This document shows, one piece after another, positions 41,975 through 53,174 of a DNA stretch of 64,000 nt. The notes under the pieces are model-generated. The model worked only from the letters and a program-made list of their open reading frames with translations. It ran no database searches and was not told the DNA's origin. The translations under genes were made by a program, and so were the position numbers. Positions within the stretch are counted from its first letter, which is position 1. Every line of letters starts with the position of its first letter. This DNA comes from Escherichia coli (GTDB taxonomy: Bacteria; Pseudomonadota; Gammaproteobacteria; Enterobacterales; Enterobacteriaceae), in the NCBI RefSeq assembly GCF_036507355.1, contig NZ_AP027877.1; one strand, given 5' to 3'.

Positions 41975-42178
41975 TTAGTTCATGCCGAGACGAATCAGGT
42001 CCAGAGGTGCCAGTTTCTCTTCACAACCTTCAACAACTACGGTTTTTCCGCGGCGGATTTGCTCAGCGGTCAGACCTTCAGTATCAATCGACAGGATCTT
42101 GCCAGTGTGACCGGTGCCGCTAACCATAACACGGCTGCCAGTGGTGATTGCGTTACGGTTACGATCGTAGGTCGTCAT
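41975..42178 (-). CDS. ydfZ: Small protein YdfZ (67 aa)
   Basis: [67 protein letters not shown]. Confidence 0.85.
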
Positions 42179-42354
42179 AGGTGTTTTCTCCTTTCTGATT
42201 TACAGTCGAAGCCCACGTAACGGGCGCAATATAAATACTCCTGTCGAGTGAAATATTTTTTGTTTTTGATCAAGCTCACATCTTTTTTGATGCATGCATG
42301 AGCCATAAGGCGGGGGTAAAGACTCTCATCCCGGATGGGATGAGAGGAAATGAA

Positions 42355-43041
42355 TTACTCTTCGCTAAACCAGTCGCTGTTTTCCTGGCGGATCTGGCGC
42401 ACGGATTCGCTGATTTCCTGCAAATGTTGCGTCATTGCACGTTCTACCGCATCGCCATCACGTTTTTGCAGGGCAGAGAAAATATCAAGATGCTGGCGTA
42501 ACAGCATTTCTGGTGGAGAAACGTGGTCGAAACTCATATAGCGCACGCGATCAACGGTCGCTTTCAGGTTCTCAATGGTATCCCACGCCAGTTGACAGTC
42601 GGCAATCTGCGTCAGGAGTTGATGGAAGTTGTCATCAAGTTCAAAAAAATCATCCAGTTGCTTGCGCTCAATGGCAATGCGTTGCTGGTGAAGATTTTGT
42701 TCCAGTTGGTAGCACTGGCTTTCGGTAATCATGCTCGCCGCCCGACGTGCCACCGCGCACTCAATGGCCTGACGGATAAAACTGCCGTTGCGCACCTGGG
42801 ACATGGAAATTTTGTTGACGTAGCTGCCACGCTGCGGACGAATTTGAATCAGACCATTTTCCGCCAGTTTAATAAAGGCTTCACGAACCGGCTGGCGTGA
42901 CACATTGAAACGAACAGAAACTTCTTTTTCCGACAACGGTGTGCCTGGAGCAATCAGGCAATGGACAATGTCGCGACGAAGGATACGATAAATTTGCTGA
43001 TTGACAGGCTGTGTGGGATTAAGTTGCGTTTCGACGGTCAT
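42355..43041 (-). CDS. ydfH: GntR/FadR-family transcriptional regulator YdfH (228 aa)
   Basis: N-terminal GntR HTH plus FCD-type C-terminal domain. Confidence 0.85.
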   Translation of the reverse strand: MTVETQLNPTQPVNQQIYRILRRDIVHCLIAPGTPLSEKEVSVRFNVSRQPVREAFIKLAENGLIQIRPQRGSYVNKISMSQVRNGSFIRQAIECAVARRAASMITESQCYQLEQNLHQQRIAIERKQLDDFFELDDNFHQLLTQIADCQLAWDTIENLKATVDRVRYMSFDHVSPPEMLLRQHLDIFSALQKRDGDAVERAMTQHLQEISESVRQIRQENSDWFSEE

Positions 43042-43129
43042 TCGTTCTTGCTTGTGAGTGAGTTAACTGCATGAGTCTACCACTTTTTTGTGACAAGCAA
43101 TAACCCGGCAGTTACGCCGGGTATAAAAA

Positions 43130-43876
43130 TTACTGACGGTGGACATTCAGTCCGGCATAGCTTTGGGTAACCGGCATCATTTCCAGGGTATTGATATTGA
43201 CGTGAGCAGGCAGCGTTGACACCCACCAGACGGCTTCGCTGACATCTTCTGGCGTCAATGCAACGGTATTTTGATAGGTTTTTTCCGCTTTACTGTCATC
43301 GCCTTTAAAGCGGACATTGGAAAACTCGGTGCCACCCACCAGACCCGGTTCGATGTCGGTGACGCGCACCGCCGTACCATGCAGATCCGTACGCAGATTC
43401 AGGCTAAACTGACGAACAAACGCTTTCGTCGCACCGTAAACGTTACCACCGGCATACGGCCAGCTACCTGCCGTTGAGCCAATGTTAATAATATGACCAT
43501 GATTACGTTCAACCATACCCGGTAAGACGGCGCGCGTCATATATACCAGGCCTTTATTGTTGGTATCAATCATCGTTTCCCAGTCTTCAACGCTGGCTTT
43601 ATGCGCAGGCTCCATGCCCAACGCCAGGCCGGCATTATTTACCAGGATATCAATATTGCTCCACTCGGCAGGGAGCGATGCCAGCATCTCTTCAATAGCG
43701 GCACGGTTGCGAACGTCCAGTTGGGCGATATACAGATTATCTCCCAGTTCGTCTTTTAACTCCTGCAACCGTTCCTGGCGACGGCCAGTGGCGATAACTT
43801 TATGCCCTTGTTGAATAAAACGACGAGTAATGCATTCACCAAAACCTGCCGTTGCTCCAGTTACTAAAACGATCAT
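43130..43876 (-). CDS. ydfG: NADP-dependent short-chain dehydrogenase YdfG (248 aa from MIVLVTG)
   Basis: SDR motifs TGATAGFG and YxxxK. Confidence 0.85.
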   Translation of the reverse strand: MIVLVTGATAGFGECITRRFIQQGHKVIATGRRQERLQELKDELGDNLYIAQLDVRNRAAIEEMLASLPAEWSNIDILVNNAGLALGMEPAHKASVEDWETMIDTNNKGLVYMTRAVLPGMVERNHGHIINIGSTAGSWPYAGGNVYGATKAFVRQFSLNLRTDLHGTAVRVTDIEPGLVGGTEFSNVRFKGDDSKAEKTYQNTVALTPEDVSEAVWWVSTLPAHVNINTLEMMPVTQSYAGLNVHRQ

Positions 43877-44012
43877 CTCACTGTTCCTCAACGCTTTTGT
43901 GTGTCAATAACATAGCACGGGATGCTTAAGAGCGGGTAATACTGGTTTGCAAGATTGCACTCCGTTATCAGTAAGCCTACGCTATGGAACACCTCGCGTT
44001 CAGGAGAAGAAA

Positions 44013-46058
44013 ATGACAACAATGAATCCTTTCCTTGTGCAAAGCACATTGCCGTATCTGGCTCCTCATTTTGATCAAATTGCCAATCATCACTATCGCC
44101 CGGCATTCGATGAGGGAATGCAGCAAAAGCGGGCAGAAATTGCTGCCATCGCGCTTAACCCGCAAACGCCTGATTTCAACAATACTATTCTGGCACTGGA
44201 ACAAAGCGGAGAATTACTTACCCGCGTTACCAGCGTCTTTTTTGCGATGACTGCGGCGCATACCAATGATGAATTACAGCGTCTTGATGAACAGTTTTCC
44301 GCTGAACTGGCGGAACTGGCTAATGATATCTATCTGAACGGTGAATTATTCGCGCGGGTAGATGCTGTCTGGCAGCGCCGTGAATCCCTGGGGCTTGATA
44401 GTGAATCCATCCGCCTGGTGGAGGTGATTCATCAACGTTTTGTCCTTGCCGGAGCCAAACTTGCGCAAGCTGATAAAGCAAAATTAAAAGTACTGAATAC
44501 AGAAGCTGCGACCCTGACCAGCCAGTTTAACCAGCGATTACTGGCAGCAAATAAATCCGGCGGTCTGGTTGTGAACGATATCGCGCAGCTGGCAGGAATG
44601 AGTGAGCAAGAGATTGCGCAGGCGGCAGAGGCGGCTCGCGAGAAAGGTCTGGATAACAATTGGCTGATTCCGCTGCTGAATACCACCCAACAACCGGCGC
44701 TTGCCGAAATGCGCGATCGTGCGACGCGTGAAAAACTGTTTATTGCGGGCTGGACGCGAGCGGAAAAAAATGATGCCAATGATACCCGCGCTATCATTCA
44801 ACGTCTGGTGGAGATCCGTGCACAACAGGCTACATTACTCGGTTTTCCTCATTATGCCGCATGGAAAATCGCCGATCAGATGGCAAAAACACCTGAAGCA
44901 GCACTTAACTTTATGCGGGAAATTGTTCCAGCGGCGCGTCAACGTGCGAGCGATGAATTAGCCTCCATACAGGCGGTTATCGATAAGCAGCAGGGCGGGT
45001 TTAGCGCACAGCCGTGGGACTGGGCATTTTATGCCGAACAGGTACGGCGGGAGAAATTTGATCTTGATGAGGCGCAGCTCAAGCCATATTTTGAATTAAA
45101 CACGGTGTTGAATGAAGGTGTATTCTGGACCGCGAATCAGCTCTTCGGTATTAAGTTTGTCGAACGTTTTGATATTCCTGTCTACCATCCTGACGTTCGT
45201 GTGTGGGAAATTTTTGATCATAATGGCGTGGGGCTGGCGTTATTTTACGGTGATTTCTTCGCCCGTGATTCAAAAAGCGGCGGTGCATGGATGGGCAATT
45301 TTGTTGAGCAATCAACGCTTAATGAAACGCATCCGGTAATTTATAACGTCTGCAATTATCAGAAACCCGCTGCCGGTGAGCCTGCGTTGTTACTCTGGGA
45401 TGATGTCATAACCTTATTCCATGAATTTGGTCATACGCTGCACGGCCTCTTTGCCCGCCAGCGTTATGCCACGCTCTCCGGAACCAACACGCCGCGTGAT
45501 TTTGTCGAATTTCCGTCGCAAATCAACGAACACTGGGCAACGCATCCGCAGGTATTCGCTCGCTACGCCCGGCATTATCAGAGCGGGGCAGCAATGCCTG
45601 ACGAACTGCAACAGAAAATGCGTAATGCCAGCCTGTTCAACAAAGGGTATGAGATGAGCGAACTGCTTAGCGCCGCACTTCTCGATATGCGCTGGCATTG
45701 CCTGGAAGAAAACGAAGCAATGCAGGATGTCGATGATTTTGAATTGCGGGCGCTGGTGGCAGAAAATATGGATCTTCCTGCTATACCGCCACGCTATCGC
45801 AGCAGTTATTTTGCCCATATTTTTGGTGGCGGATATGCCGCAGGTTATTACGCTTATCTGTGGACGCAAATGTTGGCCGATGATGGTTACCAGTGGTTTG
45901 TTGAGCAGGGCGGATTAACGCGTGAAAATGGGCTGCGTTTTCGCGAGGCGATCCTTTCCAGAGGTAACAGCGAAGATCTGGAACGCCTGTATCGACAATG
46001 GCGCGGTAAGGCTCCTCAGATTATGCCGATGCTGCAACATCGTGGCTTGAACATATAA
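44013..46058 (+). CDS. dcp: Dipeptidyl carboxypeptidase Dcp (M3 family), 681 aa from MTTMNPF
   Basis: HEFGH zinc-binding motif present; ORF track 43947..46058. Confidence 0.9.
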   Translation: MTTMNPFLVQSTLPYLAPHFDQIANHHYRPAFDEGMQQKRAEIAAIALNPQTPDFNNTILALEQSGELLTRVTSVFFAMTAAHTNDELQRLDEQFSAELAELANDIYLNGELFARVDAVWQRRESLGLDSESIRLVEVIHQRFVLAGAKLAQADKAKLKVLNTEAATLTSQFNQRLLAANKSGGLVVNDIAQLAGMSEQEIAQAAEAAREKGLDNNWLIPLLNTTQQPALAEMRDRATREKLFIAGWTRAEKNDANDTRAIIQRLVEIRAQQATLLGFPHYAAWKIADQMAKTPEAALNFMREIVPAARQRASDELASIQAVIDKQQGGFSAQPWDWAFYAEQVRREKFDLDEAQLKPYFELNTVLNEGVFWTANQLFGIKFVERFDIPVYHPDVRVWEIFDHNGVGLALFYGDFFARDSKSGGAWMGNFVEQSTLNETHPVIYNVCNYQKPAAGEPALLLWDDVITLFHEFGHTLHGLFARQRYATLSGTNTPRDFVEFPSQINEHWATHPQVFARYARHYQSGAAMPDELQQKMRNASLFNKGYEMSELLSAALLDMRWHCLEENEAMQDVDDFELRALVAENMDLPAIPPRYRSSYFAHIFGGGYAAGYYAYLWTQMLADDGYQWFVEQGGLTRENGLRFREAILSRGNSEDLERLYRQWRGKAPQIMPMLQHRGLNI

Positions 46059-46102
46059 ACACCACCAATGGCTGTCCTGGAGATATCGCCAGGCCAGCCT
46101 GG

Positions 46103-46621
46103 TTATAGCAGTAACTGCAGCAGCTGGGCGAGGGCAAACCTCACCGCTAAAGCTAATACCGTTTCGCAGTCGCCAGCAAAATGCATAACCGCAGTGTAGT
46201 TCTGGCCTTTAATATGCCACGCGAACCAGACGGTACCCGCTGGCGTACCATCTTCACCGCCCTCCGGTCCGCCGTAGCCGGTAATGGCAATACTGACATC
46301 AGCATCCGCACGCTCTATGGCACCGGTTGCCATTTCTGCTGCCACTTTCTCACTCACCGCAGAATATCGTTCAAGAGATTGCTGGCTTACGCTGAGGATT
46401 TTCATCTTTGCCTGATCGGTGAAAGTAACAAAGCCTGCACCGTAAAATTTGGGTGTATCTTCAGCTGCACACAGGGCGCTAGCCAACTTACCGCCGGTGC
46501 ATGATTCGGCGGTAGTTAAGCGTAATTGATCCGTGATAAGTCTTTGACTCAACGCGGATGTCAGGTTTTCAATAGTGTCGGTATCTGCAAGCTGTACAAT
46601 TTTATCTTTATTAATGTTCAC
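46103..46621 (-). CDS. ydeJ: CinA-C-like protein YdeJ (172 aa, GTG start inferred)
   Basis: ORF track 46103..46741; start chosen by expected length. Confidence 0.75.
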   Translation of the reverse strand: MNINKDKIVQLADTDTIENLTSALSQRLITDQLRLTTAESCTGGKLASALCAAEDTPKFYGAGFVTFTDQAKMKILSVSQQSLERYSAVSEKVAAEMATGAIERADADVSIAITGYGGPEGGEDGTPAGTVWFAWHIKGQNYTAVMHFAGDCETVLALAVRFALAQLLQLLL

Positions 46622-46896
46622 TGTTTTTTGTCCACGCTTTAATATGTAAAGGTGATTTGCTTTTTCTGTATGCTCGTCCAATATAATAATTTTCAAACAT
46701 ATAAATCCGATTATTCTGAAAATATGTTTAAGACTCTTCAATCTTCTTAACTTTAGTGAGTTAAATTCTCTGAATATTTGACAGCTAGTTGGCTGATTTT
46801 AAATGCCTTATAACAATTGGCAGAATTCTTATTTGGCAATTATAAAAATAGCAACCAGACTTAATAAGTCAAACCAAACGCAATTAAGGAGTTAGT

Positions 46897-47289
46897 ATGA
46901 AATTTCAGGCCATTGTATTAGCAAGTTTTCTTGTCATGCCTTATGCGTTGGCAGATGACCAGGGCGGTTTAAAACAGGATGCAGCGCCACCGCCGCCTCA
47001 TGCAATAGAAGATGGCTATCGCGGAACCGATGATGCAAAAAAAATGACCGTTGATTTCGCAAAAACCATGCACGATGGCGCTTCGGTTTCACTACGCGGT
47101 AATTTGATTTCTCACAAAGGAGAGGGCCGTTACGTTTTTCGCGATAAGAGCGGTGAAATTAATGTCGTGATTCCTGCGGCCGTCTTTGATGGACGAGAAG
47201 TTCAGCCGGACCAGATGATCAACATTAGCGGCAGTCTCGATAAGAAAAGCGCGCCGGCCGTCGTTCGGGTCACTCATTTGCAGAAATAA
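46897..47289 (+). CDS. ydeI: Periplasmic OB-fold (BOF) protein YdeI (130 aa)
   Basis: Signal peptide [19 protein letters not shown]. Confidence 0.85.
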   Translation: MKFQAIVLASFLVMPYALADDQGGLKQDAAPPPPHAIEDGYRGTDDAKKMTVDFAKTMHDGASVSLRGNLISHKGEGRYVFRDKSGEINVVIPAAVFDGREVQPDQMINISGSLDKKSAPAVVRVTHLQK

Positions 47290-47543
47290 AAATAAATTAG
47301 CCTGATGGCCTGAACTACTGGGCCATTAGGGTATTGGGTTATGCTATTTGTCATCCTTTTATTTACGATAATGCAGAGGTAATTTACAGAATTAAACACT
47401 TTTTTATCCGCTTATTTTGTTTTAAATCACAATGTTATCTCAGATATGACTCATAACTTCGGATTTCTATGAAAATATTGACGTAATTTTGCTTTTCTCT
47501 CGTTAGAATAACGCGCACAAGGAACTGTGAAAAAGGAGTGGCA

Positions 47544-48434
47544 ATGATCAAGAAGACAACGGAAATTGATGCCATCTTGTTAAATCTCAATAAGGCTATC
47601 GATGCCCACTACCAGTGGCTGGTGAGTATGTTTCACAGCGTGGTCGCGAGAGATGCCAGTAAGCCAGAAATAACGGATAACCATTCTTATGGACTGTGCC
47701 AGTTTGGTCGGTGGATTGATCATCTGGGGCCACTCGATAACGATGAATTACCTTACGTTCGGCTAATGGATTCTGCCCATCAACATATGCATAACTGTGG
47801 TCGGGAATTAATGCTGGCTATTGTTGAAAATCACTGGCAGGACGCGCATTTCGCCGCTTTTCAGGAAGGGTTACTTTCTTTTACTGCGGCATTAACCGAT
47901 TACAAAATTTATTTGCTGACAATCCGTAGCAATATGGATGTTTTGACGGGATTGCCGGGGCGTCGGGTTCTTGATGAATCCTTTGATCATCAGTTACGCA
48001 ACACTGAGCCTCTGAATCTTTATTTAATGTTGTTGGATATTGACCGATTTAAATTGGTTAATGATACCTACGGGCATTTAATCGGCGATGTAGTATTACG
48101 CACCCTGGCAACTTACTTAGCCAGTTGGACGCGTGATTACGAAACGGTTTATCGCTACGGGGGCGAAGAATTTATCATTATTGTCAAAGCGGCTAATGAT
48201 GAAGAAGCATGTCGTGCAGGTGTCAGAATTTGCCAGTTAGTCGATAACCATGCCATCACACATTCTGAAGGGCATATCAACATTACCGTGACAGCAGGTG
48301 TCAGTCGCGCATTTCCTGAAGAGCCTCTGGATGTGGTCATTGGAAGAGCAGACCGGGCAATGTATGAGGGTAAGCAAACCGGAAGAAATCGCTGCATGTT
48401 TATTGACGAACAAAATGTGATTAACCGAGTTTAA
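47544..48434 (+). CDS. dgcZ: Zinc-sensing diguanylate cyclase DgcZ (YdeH), 296 aa
   Basis: GGEEF active-site motif (RYGGEEFII); ORF track 47538..48434. Confidence 0.9.
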   Translation: MIKKTTEIDAILLNLNKAIDAHYQWLVSMFHSVVARDASKPEITDNHSYGLCQFGRWIDHLGPLDNDELPYVRLMDSAHQHMHNCGRELMLAIVENHWQDAHFAAFQEGLLSFTAALTDYKIYLLTIRSNMDVLTGLPGRRVLDESFDHQLRNTEPLNLYLMLLDIDRFKLVNDTYGHLIGDVVLRTLATYLASWTRDYETVYRYGGEEFIIIVKAANDEEACRAGVRICQLVDNHAITHSEGHINITVTAGVSRAFPEEPLDVVIGRADRAMYEGKQTGRNRCMFIDEQNVINRV

Positions 48435-48479
48435 GCTCCGTTTAACATTCATTGAGAAAACTGATGCTACTGTGTCAAC

Positions 48480-48577
48480 GATCCGTTATCAGTGCAGGAA
48501 AATGCCTGTTAGCGTAAAAGCAAAACACAAATCTATCCATGCAAGCATTCACCGCCGGTTTACTGGCGGTTTTTTTC
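48480..48577 (+). ncRNA. mgrR: Candidate small RNA in the MgrR position (about 98 nt), ending at an intrinsic terminator
   Basis: Terminator accgcc-ggtttact-ggcggt followed by TTTTTTT at 48551-48577; PhoP-box-like direct repeat cGTTTA-N5-cATTGA at about 48441-48457. Identity and strand are recalled, not proven. Confidence 0.4.
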
Positions 48578-48651
48578 GCCGTCATAAAAATCAGGCCCCT
48601 TGTACACAACTGTAACAAGGGGCCGGTTAGGTGAGGGATTATCTCCGTTCA

Positions 48652-48747
48652 TTAGTCATCCCATTTGTGGCTGAAATACGCGGCCAGAAAACCAGAAAAT
48701 AAAATTATTCCCAGTACGGCCATAAAAACATTCATATTACCCAGCAT
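48652..48747 (-). CDS. mgtS: Small membrane protein MgtS (YneM), 31 aa
   Basis: Reverse-strand translation MLGNMNVFMAVLGIILFSGFLAAYFSHKWDD. Confidence 0.8.
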   Translation of the reverse strand: MLGNMNVFMAVLGIILFSGFLAAYFSHKWDD

Positions 48748-48873
48748 TATTTGCCTCCGTTTATGGTGTGGTGTGTTTCCTCGCTTACCTTAATTTTCAT
48801 CTCAATGAGAAACATATTAGCAGAGGTAACCTAAACGAAGGCTGAATTAAATTTTTATTGTGTTCGACTTAAA

Positions 48874-50061
48874 TCAACAAAGCGCGGGCTGCCTCCACGG
48901 TCTTGCACGAATCCCTTTTAACATCAGCACCCACGCAGCAATAATCACCAACGCTAAGATGATAAACAGCGAGGAAGGCGGCAGGTTGGTTAGCACTAGG
49001 CCACTCACTAATGGGTTAATTGCGGCACCAAGCCAGCCTAAAGACTGGGCGGAAAAATAGCTGGCTTTCATTCCTGGCGGCGCAATATGGTCAATCAACA
49101 TATACTCGCCCGGCGCATAAATTATTTCACCGACAGTAAATACCGCAGCTGACATACCCCACAATAGCAGGCTGTTGCCGGAAAAAATAAAACCGACCAG
49201 ACCGATGACGAAACAGAGGGTGCCTGCTGTCATCAGCGCGCGGATGTTAGCCGGGTTAAGTCGGCGGCCCACGGAATATTGCAACGTAACTACCATGGCG
49301 GCATTCACCGGAAGAACAACCGCGACCACCTTTTCGGCAAAATCACCATCAGCAATCACCATCACATATTGTGAAATGCATGAAGCAAATGCGCCACTAA
49401 CAAAAGAAGCCAGAAAGCCAGAGCAGGTAAACCACAACAGTGCCTTATCTTGTAATAAAACTTTCGGCGACCAGACACTGCCTGTTTCCGTGGCGATGAT
49501 TTTCTCGCTGCGCTTTACCCAAACTTGAATGAAAAGCATGGGAAACGCGGAACAGATAGCTGCCAGCCAAAAGGGCAGATTGATGCTCTGCATCACCAAC
49601 AGCGTGCCGAGCGGCGGACCGATGGTCCAGCCAATGTTGAGCATGGTGTAGTTGATTGAGAAGATTTTCGTTTTGCTGGTGGACGAAAGATTGTCGGCAA
49701 ACCAGGCTTTCAACACGGTAGCAAAAACGGAATAGGCGCAGTTAATGAGGGCAAAAAAGAGCACCACCAGCGTCACGTTATTCACTAAAGGAATGGCAAT
49801 AAAACCGCTGGCGAAGGCGGTAATTGCCAGTAACATATAGCGTTTCTTGTCGAACTTATCCGCCAGGATACCAAAACCGAGGCTAAAAACGACGCCAATA
49901 GTGAGCGCAATTGTCATCGCATAACCGATTAGATCGACACTCAGGCTGTACTGGCGACTCAAGTAAATGGTCATAAATGGCAGCGTAGCGCCGCGTCCGA
50001 TGGTTAATAACAACGACGAGGCAAGAAGGGCGCTGGTAGAGCGTCGTAGGGATAAGTTCAT
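48874..50061 (-). CDS. ydeE: MFS transporter YdeE (395 aa)
   Basis: ORF track; polytopic membrane protein. Confidence 0.9.
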   Translation of the reverse strand: MNLSLRRSTSALLASSLLLTIGRGATLPFMTIYLSRQYSLSVDLIGYAMTIALTIGVVFSLGFGILADKFDKKRYMLLAITAFASGFIAIPLVNNVTLVVLFFALINCAYSVFATVLKAWFADNLSSTSKTKIFSINYTMLNIGWTIGPPLGTLLVMQSINLPFWLAAICSAFPMLFIQVWVKRSEKIIATETGSVWSPKVLLQDKALLWFTCSGFLASFVSGAFASCISQYVMVIADGDFAEKVVAVVLPVNAAMVVTLQYSVGRRLNPANIRALMTAGTLCFVIGLVGFIFSGNSLLLWGMSAAVFTVGEIIYAPGEYMLIDHIAPPGMKASYFSAQSLGWLGAAINPLVSGLVLTNLPPSSLFIILALVIIAAWVLMLKGIRARPWRQPALC

Positions 50062-50255
50062 TTGTCTGTCCGGCAGTGCGTTTCGTTATGTTTTGTTTTA
50101 GAGATGTAAAGAAATAGCATGGCAAAAATCCGAAGTATAGCGACTTATTTGCGTATTAATGCCGTCGTAACCGGCGACTAACGAATCAACTGTTAAAGAA
50201 AAGTAAATTCAGCTAAGTTGATTGCTTACAAAAGATGAAATTCAGAGGCGGTAGA

Positions 50256-51155
50256 ATGTCGCGAAAAGATGGGGTGTTGGCGCTACTGGTAGTGGTCGTA
50301 TGGGGGCTAAATTTTGTGGTCATCAAAGTGGGGCTTCATAACATGCCACCGCTGATGTTAGCCGGTTTGCGCTTTATGCTGGTGGCTTTTCCGGCCATCT
50401 TTTTTGTCGCACGACCGAAAGTACCACTGAATTTGCTGTTGGGGTATGGATTAACCATCAGCTTTGCGCAGTTTGCCTTTCTGTTCTGCGCCATTAACTT
50501 TGGTATGCCTGCTGGACTGGCTTCGCTGGTGTTACAGGCACAGGCGTTTTTTACTATCGTGCTTGGCGCGTTTACTTTCGGTGAGCGACTGCATGGCAAA
50601 CAATTGGCGGGGATCGCCTTAGCGATTTTTGGCGTACTGGTGTTAATCGAAGATAGTCTGAACGGTCAGCATGTGGCGATGCTCGGCTTTATGTTGACCC
50701 TGGCGGCAGCATTTAGTTGGGCGTGTGGCAACATCTTCAATAAAAAGATCATGTCTCATTCATCCCGTCCGGCGGTAATGTCTCTGGTCGTCTGGAGCGC
50801 ATTAATCCCGATAATTCCGTTTTTTGTCGCCTCGCTCATTCTCGATGGCTCCGGAAAAATGATTCACAGTCTGGTCACTATCGACATGACCACCATTCTG
50901 GCGTTGATGTATCTGGCATTTGTAGCGACGATAGTTGGCTACGGGATTTGGGGTACGCTGCTTGGACGCTATGAAACATGGCGTGTCGCACCATTATCAT
51001 TACTGGTGCCGGTAGTCGGTCTGGCAAGTGCAGCGTTACTGCTGGATGAACGCTTAACAGGTCTGCAATTCTTAGGGGCTGTGCTCATTATGGCCGGACT
51101 GTATATCAATGTATTTGGTTTGCAGTGGCGTAAAGCGGTGAAGGTAAGAGGTTAA
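50256..51155 (+). CDS. eamA: Cysteine/O-acetylserine exporter EamA (YdeD), 299 aa
   Basis: Two EamA/DMT repeats; ORF track 50235..51155. Confidence 0.9.
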   Translation: MSRKDGVLALLVVVVWGLNFVVIKVGLHNMPPLMLAGLRFMLVAFPAIFFVARPKVPLNLLLGYGLTISFAQFAFLFCAINFGMPAGLASLVLQAQAFFTIVLGAFTFGERLHGKQLAGIALAIFGVLVLIEDSLNGQHVAMLGFMLTLAAAFSWACGNIFNKKIMSHSSRPAVMSLVVWSALIPIIPFFVASLILDGSGKMIHSLVTIDMTTILALMYLAFVATIVGYGIWGTLLGRYETWRVAPLSLLVPVVGLASAALLLDERLTGLQFLGAVLIMAGLYINVFGLQWRKAVKVRG

Positions 51156-51185
51156 CAAGCCCCGATATGCCGGGGCCTGAATATA

Positions 51186-51404
51186 CTACATGGCTTGTTG
51201 GTTATAATAGGGCACGCCCAGCGCATCCGATTTGTCACTGCCTGTACCCATGTGATTTAAATCGAACGGTGGTTGTTCCTGCGATGGGGGAACAACCACC
51301 ACATCGCCACAGGAAGTAACGAGCGGTTGCTGGGTTTGTTCCGCAAAGCCCTGCGCGGAAAAGAGAATAAGCGCAGCTGCTATTGCGGATAAAAGTGGTT
51401 TCAT
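51186..51404 (-). CDS. marB: Periplasmic protein MarB (72 aa)
   Basis: Signal peptide MKPLLSAIAAALILFSAQGFA. Confidence 0.85.
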   Translation of the reverse strand: MKPLLSAIAAALILFSAQGFAEQTQQPLVTSCGDVVVVPPSQEQPPFDLNHMGTGSDKSDALGVPYYNQQAM

Positions 51405-51435
51405 GATTGCCTCAGTGACGTTGTCACGTTTTCAA

Positions 51436-51819
51436 CTAGCTGTTGTAATGATTTAATGGATGTAAAAAGCGCGATTCGCCCTGCATATTGGTCATCCGGT
51501 ATTTATGCGGCGGAACATCAAAGTAATTTTTGAAGGTTCGGGTCAGAGTTTGTTGCGACTCGAAGCCATATCGTTCTGCCAGATAGAGTATCGGCTCGTT
51601 ACTTTCCTTCAGCTTTTGCGCGATTTCCGTCATCTTACGGCTGCGGATGTATTGGCCTAATGAATGACCGGTTTCTTTTTTAAACATCCGTTGCAGGTGC
51701 CATTTGGAGTAACCCGAACGTTCTGACACTTTCTCCAGTGACAGTGGCGATTCCAGGTTGTCCTCGATCCAGTCCAAAATGCTATGAATGGTAATAGCGT
51801 CAGTATTGCGTCTGGACAT
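51436..51819 (-). CDS. marA: AraC/XylS-family activator MarA (127 aa from MSRRNTD)
   Basis: Two HTH motifs; ORF track 51436..51870. Confidence 0.9.
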
Positions 51820-51838
51820 CGTCATACCTCTTTTTTGT

Positions 51839-52273
51839 TTACGGCAGGACTTTCTTAAGCAAATGCTCAAGTGTTGCCACTTCGTCCGCCGTCAGGTTTT
51901 TTGTTAATTCTTGATGCAGGTCCTGGCCAACTAATTGATGGCATTGTTCACATATTGCCGCGCCGCTGGTGGTAAGTTTTACCAGTACGCCGCGCTTATC
52001 ATTCGGGTTCGGCAACCTTTCCACCCAGCCTTTACAGACCAGGCGATCCAGCATACGGGTCAGTGCTCCCAGGTCGACCGACAACACTTTTTTCAGTTCA
52101 ACCGGAGTAATACACGCCGCGCAGCGGATAGAGCAGAGCACCTTAAACTGTGCCGCGGTAATATCCAGCGGAGACAGATACTCGTTAAGCAGACGATCTT
52201 TCTTCTGATTAACCATATGGATTAAGCGACCCAATGGAATAATTTCATTGAACAGATCGCTGGTACTTTTCAC
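51839..52273 (-). CDS. marR: Repressor MarR (144 aa, GTG start)
   Basis: Winged-helix MarR sequence [29 protein letters not shown]... Confidence 0.9.
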
Positions 52274-52274
52274 A

Positions 52275-52372
52275 TTAGTTGCCCTGGCAAGTAATTAGTT
52301 GCAGGGGATAATATTGCCCAGGCAAGTATAAGTCAAATGAATGAATTGACCGATGCCACGTTTTGCTAAATC
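52275..52372 (-). promoter_or_regulatory. marRAB promoter/operator marO (-35 TTGACT, -10 TATTAT, two MarR sites, marbox)
   Basis: Minus strand: ttgacttatacttgcctgggcaatattatcccctgcaactaattacttgccagggcaactaa; -35 at 52331-52336 and -10 at 52308-52313 with 17-bp spacer; marbox-like tttagcaaaacgtggcatc at 52350-52372. Confidence 0.8.
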
Positions 52373-52484
52373 GGTTCAAGTTTTGGCCAATGCGATGCAA
52401 GGTTAGCTAAAGAGTGACACTTTATCCTTGTTTACCCCTTATACTTTTCGCTGATAACCCAGATACACAGGATAACAACCACCA

Positions 52485-53150
52485 ATGTTAGATTTGTTTA
52501 AAGCAATTGGCCTGGGGCTGGTGGTGTTACTGCCGTTAGCTAACCCATTAACAACTGTCGCGTTATTTCTTGGCCTGGCAGGCAACATGAACAGTGCCGA
52601 ACGTAATCGTCAGTCGTTGATGGCCTCGGTGTACGTCTTTGCCATCATGATGGTGGCGTATTACGCCGGGCAACTGGTGATGGATACATTTGGCATTTCG
52701 ATTCCCGGTCTGCGAATTGCAGGCGGCTTAATCGTCGCGTTTATCGGTTTTCGGATGCTCTTTCCGCAACAGAAAGCGATTGATTCACCGGAAGCGAAAA
52801 GCAAGTCGGAAGAGCTGGAAGATGAACCCAGCGCCAATATTGCTTTTGTACCACTGGCAATGCCAAGTACCGCCGGTCCGGGAACCATTGCGATGATTAT
52901 TAGCTCGGCGTCCACAGTGCGTCAGAGTTCAACCTTCGCTGATTGGGTATTGATGGTTGCGCCGCCGCTGATCTTTTTCCTGGTGGCGGTTATTTTGTGG
53001 GGAAGTCTACGCAGCTCTGGCGCAATTATGCGGCTGGTGGGCAAGGGTGGCATTGAAGCGATCTCCCGCTTGATGGGGTTCCTGCTGGTATGTATGGGTG
53101 TACAGTTTATTATTAACGGCATCCTGGAAATCATTAAAACGTATCATTAA
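52485..53150 (+). CDS. marC: Inner membrane protein MarC (221 aa)
   Basis: ORF track; divergent from marRAB. Confidence 0.9.
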   Translation: MLDLFKAIGLGLVVLLPLANPLTTVALFLGLAGNMNSAERNRQSLMASVYVFAIMMVAYYAGQLVMDTFGISIPGLRIAGGLIVAFIGFRMLFPQQKAIDSPEAKSKSEELEDEPSANIAFVPLAMPSTAGPGTIAMIISSASTVRQSSTFADWVLMVAPPLIFFLVAVILWGSLRSSGAIMRLVGKGGIEAISRLMGFLLVCMGVQFIINGILEIIKTYH

Positions 53151-53152
53151 AA

Positions 53153-53172
53153 AAGGCCCGAATGGGCCTTTC
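53153..53172. terminator. Hairpin between convergent marC and ydeA, candidate bidirectional terminator
   Basis: aaggcccg-aat-gggcctt flanked by A-rich and T-containing sequence. Confidence 0.5.
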
Positions 53173-53174
53173 AA

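Noticed and set aside
46089..46102. Short hairpin ccagg-ccag-cctgg between dcp and ydeJ as a terminator
   Set aside because: Overlaps the ydeJ stop codon, has a 5-bp stem and no U-tract; too weak to call.
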